Of a stretch of 44,603 bases of DNA, positions 9,037 through 18,031 are shown in pieces; the stretch's first letter is position 1; every line of letters begins with the position of its first letter. Origin of the DNA: a virus (taxonomy: Duplodnaviria > Caudoviricetes); IMG/VR virus record IMGVR_UViG_3300037692_000114, positions 1 to 44,603 of that record; one strand, 5' to 3'. Both the position numbers and the translations under genes were made by a program. The notes under the pieces were generated by a model, which worked only from the letters and a program-made list of their open reading frames with translations, did not search any database and was not told where the DNA came from.

Positions 9037-12000
9037 ATGCGCATACTCGGTACGCTTGCTATTGCCGGTAGCGGCGGGGATACCGAAGCACCCACACAGC
9101 CGCAGAATCTCATCGCGAGTGCAATCAATCGGCAGCGGATCGACCTGACGTGGACGGCCTCGACAGACAATATAGGGGTGACTGGATATCAGATTTTCCG
9201 GGGTGGCAACCAGCTCACGACGACCACGCTGACCAGTTACAGCGACACGACGGTCACGGCGAGTACGGCGTACAGCTACACGGTGGTGGCATACGACGGC
9301 GCCGGGAATAATTCCCAGGCTTCGGCTTCGGCTCAAGCAACGACTCCGGCGAATGCCTCGCCGAGCTGGCAGGCGATCCCCGATCAGACATTGATCGTCG
9401 GGGATTCGTATGCGCTCAACCTGAACGATTTCTGCACGGATGCCGATGCCGACACGGTCCAGTATTCGATTCCTACCGGTACTTTATCGACGGGCGTGAC
9501 GCTGGTCGGTGCGTCGATCTCCGGAACACCGACGGTGGCCGGTCAGATATCGACAGTGACCGTCAGGGCCTATGACGGCTTCGTGAATGTCGATACGACG
9601 ATTGATTTTTCGACATTCGACACGGATGTTACGGCGCCGCCTGTTCCAGCCGGGCTCAATGCATCTGCTTCATCGTCATCTCAGATCACTCTGACCTGGA
9701 GCGCGTCCACCGATGTACAGGGTGGTGCGAATGAGTATGTCTCCGGGACTCAGGACTACCGGATCTATCGCGCGACCGATCAGGCTACATTTTCTCTGCG
9801 ATCCACGACCAGCAGCCTGAGCTATCCAGATACCGGGTTAAGCGCGAGCACGCGCTATGACTACAAGATCGCTGCTCGTGATACAGAGTTGAACGAATCC
9901 ACTCAGTCCGCGGCGGTCAACGCCACGACGACGGCAGTGATTCTCGAATCTGCCATACGGTTCCATCCTGGGCACTATGGCCAGCTTAGAACGGTCGCGG
10001 GCGTCAAGACCAGCGAGTCTGTGATTCTTGCGGATCTCGCGGTGATCTCCGCAAATTCCGGTGAGGCGAATATCGTCGGGTGGGCGGCTAATTTTGCGTG
10101 GAAGCAGATCGAGACATCGCAAGGCGTCTACGATTTCACCACGCCGGACAGATACTTTAACGCCTGCAAGGCAATCGGCAAGCGCTTCATTTTCCGCCTG
10201 GACTATCGACGCTACAGCGGCGATGGGACGCAGAGCGTAGTCCCGGCGTACCTGTATCCGGCCGGACAAGTCGCCGCAGCAGATGGAGGCGCAACGCCCA
10301 GGGACTGGGAAGCCTCTGTGATGGATCGGATTATCGCGTGCTATCAAGCAATAGCCGCGCACTACGATTCAGATTCGATGTTCGAGGCCGTGCAAGGCAT
10401 GGTGGAGACATCGGTCAGTTTCGATGCCACCTATCCGGCGCCGGCAAACTACACGACGACGAACAAGAAGACGCAGTACAAGCGGTGGATGGACGCGGTT
10501 CGCGGGCCGGTTGGGTTCCAGTCTTCGCAAGTGTGGTTCGGCCAAAATTATCTCGGCAACGAGAACGGCTCGGATTGCGAAGAGATGATCATCTACGCGA
10601 TGGCCTTGCGCATCGGCGTGGGCGGTCCGGATACCTGGCAATACGACTGGGTCGTGCCGCCGAATCAGAGCGGTAAACGTCCGCTGTGGTCGGATGAAGT
10701 CGCGCGTGGCGTGCGTGGCTCTGGAACGGATTATCGCCCATCACTTGCCTGGCCGCGCGAAGCGCAGGGCACGGAGATGGGCGGCTACATCGGCAACATG
10801 CTGCCGCAGAACATTCTGCAGTCGTGCAATTATGACGGCTCGCAGTGGATGATCTGGGACTACATCACGGCGGCAAATACTCCAGGTAGTACAGCGGCGA
10901 CGCAGTGGGGTAACGGATCGGCGCAGGGCACGTTGTGGGTGATCCGCAATCAAGCGGTCACCAACACAACGAATCCTTATGCCTCTGGTTTTTATCAGGC
11001 CGGACATTGGTCGGCGTCGCGCCAAGCACTGCGCACGATCTATCCGCGGCCGAACGCAGAAACGCCGAGTTGGGCGCGGCACCGCTGGGCGTATTACGAC
11101 GGTAGCAATACGGTCCAGTATCGCCTGCCTATTGGTGTCATGGGAGGGGCGTGGCCCTACGTGTACACGGTAGTGGCAGGCCCGAGCGGACTGTCCGTTG
11201 GCCGCTCCTACGGCGATACGGACTACGGCATCGTCAAGTGGACCCCGAATGGATCGCAGACCGGATCTGTTGTGACGATCCGCATCACCGACCAAGAACT
11301 GAATACGATCGATGTGACGTGGACGATCAGTACGTCATCGAGCACGGCGCAATTTTTGTTCGTTTCTACTAGCGGCAACGATACGACAGGCAATGGGACG
11401 ATCAGCGCGCCTTACGCCACGATCCAGAAAGTCTATGGGTCTGGCGGCGTCCTGAATCCGAACCGCATCGTGTACTTTCGTGGCGGGACTTACGCGACGT
11501 TCGCACAGAACGCGACGTTTGGCATCAATTGTGTGGACGATACAAGCCCGATGGCGATGCAGAATTTCCCCGGCGAGACAGTGACGTTCAATCACGCGAT
11601 TGCCGGCAGTACATCGGCATGGAGTTCCAATGCCGGCAGCCACGACTGGTTTGTCTATGGCATCGGAATAACGGGCGGGCCGGTCGGATCGACTAATTTC
11701 AGGCACTTTCACAACGGCGGAAAGAACAATCGCCTCACGATCGGCAAGTGCTCAGCGCCTGACGTATGGGGCGGAACCTCCCCCGATGACAACGCAACTG
11801 TTGTCTTTCTCTCGTCGACCGGCAGCGGCATGCGCCAGTATCTGTATTTCCCTGAGTTGGTCGAGACGAATCGCAGCGGTGGAAATTGTGGCGGCGGCTT
11901 CATTGCATTTACCTGCCAGTATTTGCTGGCAGAGCGCTGCAGCGTGACGGGAAGCACCGGCGGCTTCGATCTGTTGCTCAAGGCCGCGACGCAAGATTGT

Positions 12001-12456
12001 GAACTGCGAGAAAGCACGATAGTTCGCACGGATGGCGGCCAGATCACTGGAACGATCTGCCAGATCGATGATGGGATCCAGACAGCGAACATCCACATCC
12101 GGCACAACTACCTTGACTCCGGTGGAAATACCGACACCGGATTCGTCGTGAACAACGCGCGTGTTGCCTGTGGCGCGCATTGGTTGGACAGAAATTCAAT
12201 TCGCGGCGGGGCGATTTCCGTGAACGACAACACAGGAGGACCCAGTAGCGTTGCCATCGCCGGCAATGCAATCCAGGTGAGTGGAATGAACCCAGTACTA
12301 AGAAACTTCGCAAGCGGAACTCCGCCGAACACGACTATTGGCAATACAGAGTGCCACGGATCAAGCGGCATTCTCGATGCGAACATCCTGCTGACTGGCG
12401 CCTACCGCACGAGTTACTACGGCACTGCGAATTCGCGCGGAGCTGAGATCGCATGA
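9037..12456 (+). CDS. 1139-aa multidomain protein: FN3, Ig, FN3, GH-A-like TIM barrel, Ig, right-handed beta-helix
   Basis: Two FN3 repeats (LTWTASTDN..GY.I.R; LTWSASTD..DYRIYR); putative Ig (ISGTPT); WKQIETSQGVYDF..D as in GH35/GH42-like barrels; FVSTSGND..GNGT..APYATIQK as in DUF1565/PL9-like beta-helices. No signal peptide. Confidence 0.8.
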   Translation: MRILGTLAIAGSGGDTEAPTQPQNLIASAINRQRIDLTWTASTDNIGVTGYQIFRGGNQLTTTTLTSYSDTTVTASTAYSYTVVAYDGAGNNSQASASAQATTPANASPSWQAIPDQTLIVGDSYALNLNDFCTDADADTVQYSIPTGTLSTGVTLVGASISGTPTVAGQISTVTVRAYDGFVNVDTTIDFSTFDTDVTAPPVPAGLNASASSSSQITLTWSASTDVQGGANEYVSGTQDYRIYRATDQATFSLRSTTSSLSYPDTGLSASTRYDYKIAARDTELNESTQSAAVNATTTAVILESAIRFHPGHYGQLRTVAGVKTSESVILADLAVISANSGEANIVGWAANFAWKQIETSQGVYDFTTPDRYFNACKAIGKRFIFRLDYRRYSGDGTQSVVPAYLYPAGQVAAADGGATPRDWEASVMDRIIACYQAIAAHYDSDSMFEAVQGMVETSVSFDATYPAPANYTTTNKKTQYKRWMDAVRGPVGFQSSQVWFGQNYLGNENGSDCEEMIIYAMALRIGVGGPDTWQYDWVVPPNQSGKRPLWSDEVARGVRGSGTDYRPSLAWPREAQGTEMGGYIGNMLPQNILQSCNYDGSQWMIWDYITAANTPGSTAATQWGNGSAQGTLWVIRNQAVTNTTNPYASGFYQAGHWSASRQALRTIYPRPNAETPSWARHRWAYYDGSNTVQYRLPIGVMGGAWPYVYTVVAGPSGLSVGRSYGDTDYGIVKWTPNGSQTGSVVTIRITDQELNTIDVTWTISTSSSTAQFLFVSTSGNDTTGNGTISAPYATIQKVYGSGGVLNPNRIVYFRGGTYATFAQNATFGINCVDDTSPMAMQNFPGETVTFNHAIAGSTSAWSSNAGSHDWFVYGIGITGGPVGSTNFRHFHNGGKNNRLTIGKCSAPDVWGGTSPDDNATVVFLSSTGSGMRQYLYFPELVETNRSGGNCGGGFIAFTCQYLLAERCSVTGSTGGFDLLLKAATQDCELRESTIVRTDGGQITGTICQIDDGIQTANIHIRHNYLDSGGNTDTGFVVNNARVACGAHWLDRNSIRGGAISVNDNTGGPSSVAIAGNAIQVSGMNPVLRNFASGTPPNTTIGNTECHGSSGILDANILLTGAYRTSYYGTANSRGAEIA

Positions 12457-12974
12457 CGACGCTCGTTGGCCTTGATAGCTCGACCGGCATCGACCAGGGT
12501 CACGGTTTCGGTATCGATAATCAGTATTTCTACGAGGACTTTATTTGCTCGGTAAGCGGCACGCCGACCGCGATCTATTTCTACAGCGACGGCCAAGTAG
12601 ACACCGACAAATACAAACTCGCGATCTGGAATGCGAGCGGAGTACTGATGGGCGCGACCGCAGAACTGTCAGGCCAGGGAACAGCGGGATTTCACGGCGG
12701 GGCGATAAGCACAGCGGCATTGGTGTCCGGTACGCATTACTTTCTTGGTTTCATCGCAGCGACTAATTTTTATCATTTCACCGATTCGAACGTAAACGAA
12801 ATCGGCAATGTCACAGGTTCCTATCCCACAGTGCCTGCCACTGTCGCAGCACCTATCGATAATGTGTCTGGATGGGGACACATAGCCATTTACGTAGACG
12901 GCACAGCCGGCGGTGGTTTCATCGATTTCTGCCCCTCACATTCCGAAGACATGACCGATAGCGGAGATATGTAA
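12453..12974 (+). CDS. DUF4082-like beta-sandwich protein, probable virion appendage
   Basis: SGTPTAIYFY...KLAIWNASGVLMGAT...LVSGTHYFLG pattern; ATGA overlap. Confidence 0.55.
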   Translation: MTTLVGLDSSTGIDQGHGFGIDNQYFYEDFICSVSGTPTAIYFYSDGQVDTDKYKLAIWNASGVLMGATAELSGQGTAGFHGGAISTAALVSGTHYFLGFIAATNFYHFTDSNVNEIGNVTGSYPTVPATVAAPIDNVSGWGHIAIYVDGTAGGGFIDFCPSHSEDMTDSGDM

Positions 12975-14894
12975 ATGGCGAAGCGAACCATGTTTCGCGG
13001 CAAGACCTCCGCGACGATCTCGGTATTTATCCGCAATTCATCGACTGGCGCACCGCTCACGGGATTGGTTTTCAACACCTCTGGACTGGTGTGCTCTTAC
13101 GCGACGGATCAAGTCGCACGTGCTGCGGTGACGCTCGCGACGTTAGCTGCAGCCGATTCGGCATGGTCCTCGGGCGGATTCAAAGAAATCGACGCCACCA
13201 ACATGCCCGGTGTGTATCGCTTCGATATTCCCAATGCAGCGTTGGCCGCTGGAGAGGGCGTTTCCTTTGCATTTACGGGCGCCAGTTCGTTGTGCAATTT
13301 CGAGATCGATCTGTGGGCAGTGAATCCACAAAATGCAACTCGCATGGGCATGACGGCCTTCCCAGATGTCGCAACCGGAAATGCAGGCGCGGTGATCACC
13401 AGCGGTACGGGGACCGCGCAGATCTCGCTGTCCAGCGGCGGTGTTGCATTGTCTACCAGCGGATTAAATGCTGCCGCCGATGCGGTATGGGACGAAGCGG
13501 CCTCCGGTCATGTGGCAGCAGGAAGCTATGGCCAGGCGCTGAACATCATTCGTGCCGGCACCGCTCAAGCAGGTGCTGGAACTACGATTACCCTGGATGC
13601 CAGTGCATCCGCGGTGGATGACTTCTACAACAATCAGAAGATCTTCATCACCGCCGGTACCGGTGTCGGGCAAGGTCGCATTATCAGCGACTATGTCGGC
13701 TCAACCAAGGTGGCTACCGTTCCGACGTGGGCTACTAATCCATCCTCGGATTCAGTCTTCGTCATCATGCCATTTGGTTCTATCCCAGGAGCAAGCGCAC
13801 CGACGGCGGGTGAAGTTGCCGATGCAGTGTGGGATGAGCTTCGTGCCGATCATCTGGTGTCCGGCAGTTTCGGTCAGGTCGGCGCCCTGGTATTGCGATC
13901 CGCGACCGCACAGGCGGGTACGTCATCCACCATCACGCTGGATGCCTCCGCAAGCGCAACCAACGACATCTACAACTACAACCAGATCACGGTGATTGCC
14001 GGTACTGGTGTGGGACAATCAAGACAGGTCACCGACTACGTCGGATCGAGCAAGGTTGCAACCGTAGGCGTAGCGTGGACCACAAATCCCTCCAGCGACT
14101 CGGTATTCCTGATCACCCCACTGGGTGTGGATGCCGCTACCCTCGCGGCGATTGCAGATTCGGTATGGGATGAGGCGAGAAGCGGCCATGCCACTGCCGG
14201 CACGTTCGGGGAATACGTCAATGCAGACACCATACGGCTCTCTGGCGACGCAACGGCGGCAGACAATGCAGAGTCGTTCTTCGATGGGACTGGATATGCA
14301 GGCACCAACAACGTGATTCCGAGCGTGACGACCGTCACTGGCAATGTTGCCGGCTCTGTGGCATCTGTAACCGGGCTCACGGCATCGGATGTCGGCGCCA
14401 TTAAAACCAAAACGGACTTCCTGCCATCCGCCACCGCGGGCGCTGCAGGCGGCGTGTTTATTGCTGGGGCGAATGCTGCGACCAGCATCACGACTGCATT
14501 GACAGCGAATATAACAGGTGATGTGACTGGCAACTTGAGCGGGTCGGCTGGGTCTGTGACCGGCGCGGTGGGATCTGTCACCGGCAACGTCGGTGGCAAT
14601 GTTGTAGGTTCCGTGGGCAGCGTGACGACGGTAGGCGATAAGACCGGCTACAGCCTATCAGCTGCTGGCGTGGATGCTATTCTCGATGAGGCTATTACAG
14701 AGCCGGCGGGTGTATTCTCGTGGGCGTCAGCAACCCCGCGAAACATCATCGGTTACGTAGGCGCAAAGGCGTCCAATCGAATTACACAGACGGCGACGAC
14801 ACAAACGCTGCGCGATCGTGCGAACACCGTCAATATTTCCACGGCCGCTGTGACATCCGATGGAACCACTACCGTGAAAGGGTCGGATACCTGA
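12975..14894 (+). CDS. 639-aa repeat-rich fibre-like virion protein
   Basis: Three ADxVWDE motifs, two ~100-aa TAQAG..TITLDASASA repeats, VTGNVGG/GSVGSV repeats. Confidence 0.75.
   Translation: MAKRTMFRGKTSATISVFIRNSSTGAPLTGLVFNTSGLVCSYATDQVARAAVTLATLAAADSAWSSGGFKEIDATNMPGVYRFDIPNAALAAGEGVSFAFTGASSLCNFEIDLWAVNPQNATRMGMTAFPDVATGNAGAVITSGTGTAQISLSSGGVALSTSGLNAAADAVWDEAASGHVAAGSYGQALNIIRAGTAQAGAGTTITLDASASAVDDFYNNQKIFITAGTGVGQGRIISDYVGSTKVATVPTWATNPSSDSVFVIMPFGSIPGASAPTAGEVADAVWDELRADHLVSGSFGQVGALVLRSATAQAGTSSTITLDASASATNDIYNYNQITVIAGTGVGQSRQVTDYVGSSKVATVGVAWTTNPSSDSVFLITPLGVDAATLAAIADSVWDEARSGHATAGTFGEYVNADTIRLSGDATAADNAESFFDGTGYAGTNNVIPSVTTVTGNVAGSVASVTGLTASDVGAIKTKTDFLPSATAGAAGGVFIAGANAATSITTALTANITGDVTGNLSGSAGSVTGAVGSVTGNVGGNVVGSVGSVTTVGDKTGYSLSAAGVDAILDEAITEPAGVFSWASATPRNIIGYVGAKASNRITQTATTQTLRDRANTVNISTAAVTSDGTTTVKGSDT
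13476..14220 (+). repeat. intragenic tandem duplication (two full units plus a partial third)
   Basis: Shared TITLDASASA, AGTGVGQ.R...DYVGS.KVATV and TNPSSDSVF between units; coordinates approximate. Confidence 0.85.
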
Positions 14895-15112
14895 TGTCAT
14901 TTGATACCGAAGCTGAACAGTATGGGGCTTTGAACTTTGGTGCGCCATTCATGGTGTCACTGACGTTTCCGGACGCTAGCAATCTAGATACCGAACTTGA
15001 GCGCACTTCGTTCCTGCGCTTGTCGCCGGAAATCACACCGTCTGCTGCTGGTGGAACATCCAGCGCGACGAAGCATCACATGAGTCTGTCGCTGGGGCTT
15101 GGATTGTTATGA
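14894..15112 (+). CDS. 72-aa putative spike adaptor ending in MSLSLGLGLL
   Basis: TGATG and ATGA coupling on both sides; start corrected from the ORF track. Confidence 0.65.
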   Translation: MSFDTEAEQYGALNFGAPFMVSLTFPDASNLDTELERTSFLRLSPEITPSAAGGTSSATKHHMSLSLGLGLL

Positions 15113-15366
15113 GTTCCGAAAAAGTCAGTCGAGAGGTTTCTGCCGCAACCGGCAGCGTCACGGTTACTAACAGTGACGATACCGTGCATGACCCACCGGG
15201 GCGTGCGCTATACGTTGGTACAGGCGGCTCCCTTGCCGTGCGAATGGCCGGGGACGGATCACTGCCTGTGTTGGCCAATGTGGCCAATGGCACAATGTTG
15301 TCTATCGCCGTTGACAAGGTGCTGGCAACTGGCACTACGGCATCTGACATCTTGTTGCTGCGCTAA
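15109..15366 (+). CDS. head spike base protein, RcGTA Rcc01079-like
   Basis: 85 aa; VT.SD......RALYVGTGG.L.V.M......V..G..L...V..V.ATGTTA..I pattern typical of this family. Confidence 0.85.
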   Translation: MSSEKVSREVSAATGSVTVTNSDDTVHDPPGRALYVGTGGSLAVRMAGDGSLPVLANVANGTMLSIAVDKVLATGTTASDILLLR

Positions 15367-15728
15367 TGCTCGGCCGAATCGATCTTCAGCTACTCGGCCC
15401 GCCCATCGGGGAAGCGCTCACGCCGAGGATTCGAGAGGGCGAGGCCTTCCGGGTGACAGTTAGAGCGCTTACCGCGGATCTTGCTGCCGCAACACCGAGC
15501 GCGATGAAGTACAGGATCGATGACCTGAACCAAGGCAGCGCAGTACTGGACTGGACCGCAATGACCCCAGCGACATCGGTCAACGTCATCATCACCGCGG
15601 CCCAGAATGCTATGCGCAATGGGCTATGCGTCGAGCGGCGCCAACTGGTGTTCGAGGCCAGTGATTCGGATGGGCCTGTACGGAGAACGCTGGACTACGA
15701 CATTCAAGACCTTCAGGGAATTTCATGA
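15366..15728 (+). CDS. single beta-sandwich (Ig/BppU-like) structural protein
   Basis: IREGEAFRVTV...YRIDD...V.DWT...I.ITAAQN; coupled to the spike base gene. Confidence 0.5.
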   Translation: MLGRIDLQLLGPPIGEALTPRIREGEAFRVTVRALTADLAAATPSAMKYRIDDLNQGSAVLDWTAMTPATSVNVIITAAQNAMRNGLCVERRQLVFEASDSDGPVRRTLDYDIQDLQGIS

Positions 15729-15730
15729 AC

Positions 15731-15856
15731 CGAACCGTGGCGGAATTGGTAGACGCACCCTCAAATAGCAGGGCACTGCGGCTGCTGCACGTGAACACAT
15801 ACCGTGCGGATGCCGGAGGGCGCCTGATGCTGGTTCGAATCCAGCCGGTTCGACCA
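15731..15856 (+). ncRNA. tRNA-like RNA (Leu-type frame) with about 45-50 extra nt in the anticodon/variable region
   Basis: Acceptor CGAACCG/CGGTTCG plus A-CCA; D arm GCG-GAATTGGTAGA-CGC; T arm GCTGG-TTCGAAT-CCAGC; no canonical 7-nt anticodon loop. Confidence 0.85.
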
Positions 15857-16035
15857 TGAACGGCAAAGACCTGAAAGTCACCGCAGTAGCCAACGAGGTA
15901 TACGGCTATCTCACCGAGATGTGCCATTCATCCGGAATCGACATCGCTGACCTGATCCGGGAGCTATCGAGCAAGCAGCAGTTGATTGACCTGCGCAGGG
16001 GCGTGATGGAGACGCAGGCAGAGGTGGCGAATTGA
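15856..16035 (+). CDS. hypothetical protein (59 aa)
   Basis: ATG overlaps the terminal A of the tRNA-like CCA; MNGKDLKVTAVANEVYGYL... Confidence 0.45.
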   Translation: MNGKDLKVTAVANEVYGYLTEMCHSSGIDIADLIRELSSKQQLIDLRRGVMETQAEVAN

Positions 16036-16295
16036 TCAAGATTGTAAGACTAAAGGCCAAGGATCTATTCCCGGATGTTCCGATTGTGCTTGGGTGGCGC
16101 GAGCATCCGAATGTTGGCTGGTATCGATTCGTGTGTATCAGAATGCCGTGGAAGCGCGAACTCTATGACATCTCTTCTGACGAATGGAGGCTTCAGAAGC
16201 CACGCTGGTATTTTGGGCTATTCGTAGTCAATCCAGGGCCATCAAGACGGGCTCATGCTCGTAAGACGGCGAACATGGCGCGCGCAAATGGCTGA
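16032..16295 (+). CDS. hypothetical protein
   Basis: GAGGTG upstream, TTGA overlap. Confidence 0.45.
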   Translation: MIKIVRLKAKDLFPDVPIVLGWREHPNVGWYRFVCIRMPWKRELYDISSDEWRLQKPRWYFGLFVVNPGPSRRAHARKTANMARANG

Positions 16296-16674
16296 TACAC
16301 CACAAAGAAGCCCTAGGCTTGCCGCGTATCGGGGGGAGTACCGGAAGAACCTGCGCGAGAAGATCGACGCAGACGGTGCTCTGGCCGATATCGAGAGGGT
16401 CAACAAGAAGATCAAGGCGAAATGGAGGTCGCTTGAACCGGCTCAAGTCGGCGCCCTGAAGCTGCTTTCCGATAACAGTTGGCGGAAGCTCGGGAAGCTC
16501 CTGCCAGATCTGAAGGCTGTCGAGCACGATCCGGGGGAGCACGCAGAGAACCTTGCACGGGATCAAATGAATGTCCGCCTTGCCGAACTTTACGCCTCAG
16601 CACATAGCCGCATTGACGGACGAGGAAGCGCTGGAGTTGTACCGGTTGACGACAGCCCTGCAACGACTCACTGA
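16288..16674 (+). CDS. terS: terminase small subunit
   Basis: Position directly before TerL; LREKI...QV.ALKLL...KLLPDLKAVE pattern; overlaps TerL by about 100 nt. Confidence 0.7.
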   Translation: MADTPQRSPRLAAYRGEYRKNLREKIDADGALADIERVNKKIKAKWRSLEPAQVGALKLLSDNSWRKLGKLLPDLKAVEHDPGEHAENLARDQMNVRLAELYASAHSRIDGRGSAGVVPVDDSPATTH

Positions 16675-18031
16675 GCGCGAAAAACTGTACAGCTACTACC
16701 CGGATGAAGGGCCGCTGCGGCGAGAGTTGTACGTCAAGCATCTGGAGTTCTTTCGGCTAGGCGCGAAGTTTAAGCAGCGACTTGCTCTTTGCGCCAATCG
16801 CATTGGCAAAACGGAGGGCATGGGCGGGTACGAGATGACCTGTCATCTCACTGGAATCTATCCATCGTGGTGGGAGGGCCATCGCTTTAGCAGGCCGGTG
16901 ACTGCGTGGGTTGCTGGCGAGACAGCTAAGGACGTTCGCGATTCGGTGCAGGTCAAGCTGTGCGGTCCGATGAGCGATCTAGGAACCGGGCTAATACCGG
17001 CGGCCAACATAGGCAGGCATACGTCTAAGGGTGGCGTGCCGGACGCGATTGATACGCTGTATGTGAAGCATGCGAGCGGGAAGCTATCGTCTATAGCCTT
17101 CAAGTCATACGACCAGGGCCGCGAAAGCTTTCAGGCAGCTGATGTCGATGTGCTGTGGTTGGATGAAGAACCACCGCTTTCGATATACGCCGAGGCCGTA
17201 ACCAGAACGATGACGACGCTCGGGCTCGTCATGCTGACGTTCACGCCGTTGTTGGGCATGTCCGAGACGGTGTTGCAGTTCTTACCAGGCGGTGAGATTG
17301 CGGAGCGTCAGGATCAGACACGCGCCGTGCTGATGGCGACGTGGGCAGATGCGCCGCATCTAACGCAAGAGATGCAGCAGGCGATGCTTGAGACGTATCC
17401 GCCATACCAGCGTGATGCGAGAAGCAAAGGCGTCCCTGCCCTTGGAGCTGGTGCCATTTATCCGGTGCCTGAGAGTGACATCTCCTGTGAACCGTTTGAG
17501 ATCCCAGATCATTGGCCGCGGTGCTATGCGCTCGACGTCGGCTGGAATCGCACGGCCGCGCTTTGGTTTGCGTTGGATCGCGAGTCGCAGACTGTCTATG
17601 CGTACTCAGAGCATTATCGAGGGCAGGCCGAGCCTTCGGTGCATGCTGAATCAATCAAGGCGCGCGGTGACTGGATTCCAGGCGTGATTGATCCGGCTGC
17701 ACGTGGCAGATCACAGAAAGACGGCGAGCAGCTGCTGGCACAATATCAGGAACTCGGCTTGCAACTGACGACAGCAAACAACGCACGTGAGGCTGGTATC
17801 TATGCTGTATGGCAGCGCTTGTCTGGCGGGCGGTTCAAAGTGTTCAAGACCCTGCAAAACTGGTTCGCTGAGTACCGGTTATATCGAAGGGATGAGAAAG
17901 GCAACATCGTGAAGGCGAACGACCACTTGATGGATGACACACGATACGGAGTGCTTTCTGGTCTGGATGTCGCATGCACTAAGCCAACTCCGTACAACGA
18001 CACGCAATCGTTCTGCGCCGACTTCGCTTAA
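16571..18031 (+). CDS. terL: terminase large subunit (P22 gp2-like)
   Basis: ANRIGKT Walker A, FKSYDQGRESFQ, WLDEEPP Walker B, LTFTP, ALDVGW, NDHLMD..RY. Confidence 0.96.
   Translation: MSALPNFTPQHIAALTDEEALELYRLTTALQRLTEREKLYSYYPDEGPLRRELYVKHLEFFRLGAKFKQRLALCANRIGKTEGMGGYEMTCHLTGIYPSWWEGHRFSRPVTAWVAGETAKDVRDSVQVKLCGPMSDLGTGLIPAANIGRHTSKGGVPDAIDTLYVKHASGKLSSIAFKSYDQGRESFQAADVDVLWLDEEPPLSIYAEAVTRTMTTLGLVMLTFTPLLGMSETVLQFLPGGEIAERQDQTRAVLMATWADAPHLTQEMQQAMLETYPPYQRDARSKGVPALGAGAIYPVPESDISCEPFEIPDHWPRCYALDVGWNRTAALWFALDRESQTVYAYSEHYRGQAEPSVHAESIKARGDWIPGVIDPAARGRSQKDGEQLLAQYQELGLQLTTANNAREAGIYAVWQRLSGGRFKVFKTLQNWFAEYRLYRRDEKGNIVKANDHLMDDTRYGVLSGLDVACTKPTPYNDTQSFCADFA

Noticed and set aside
15731-15856. 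Standard tRNA-Leu, tmRNA or group I intron-containing tRNA
   Set aside because: No 7-nt loop with U33. A full D stem is present and there is no G3-U70 pair or tag ORF. The insert is far too short for a self-splicing intron.
16571-16674. Programmed frameshift between terS and terL
   Set aside because: The overlap is long, but TerL has its own ATG and I found no clear slippery heptamer.
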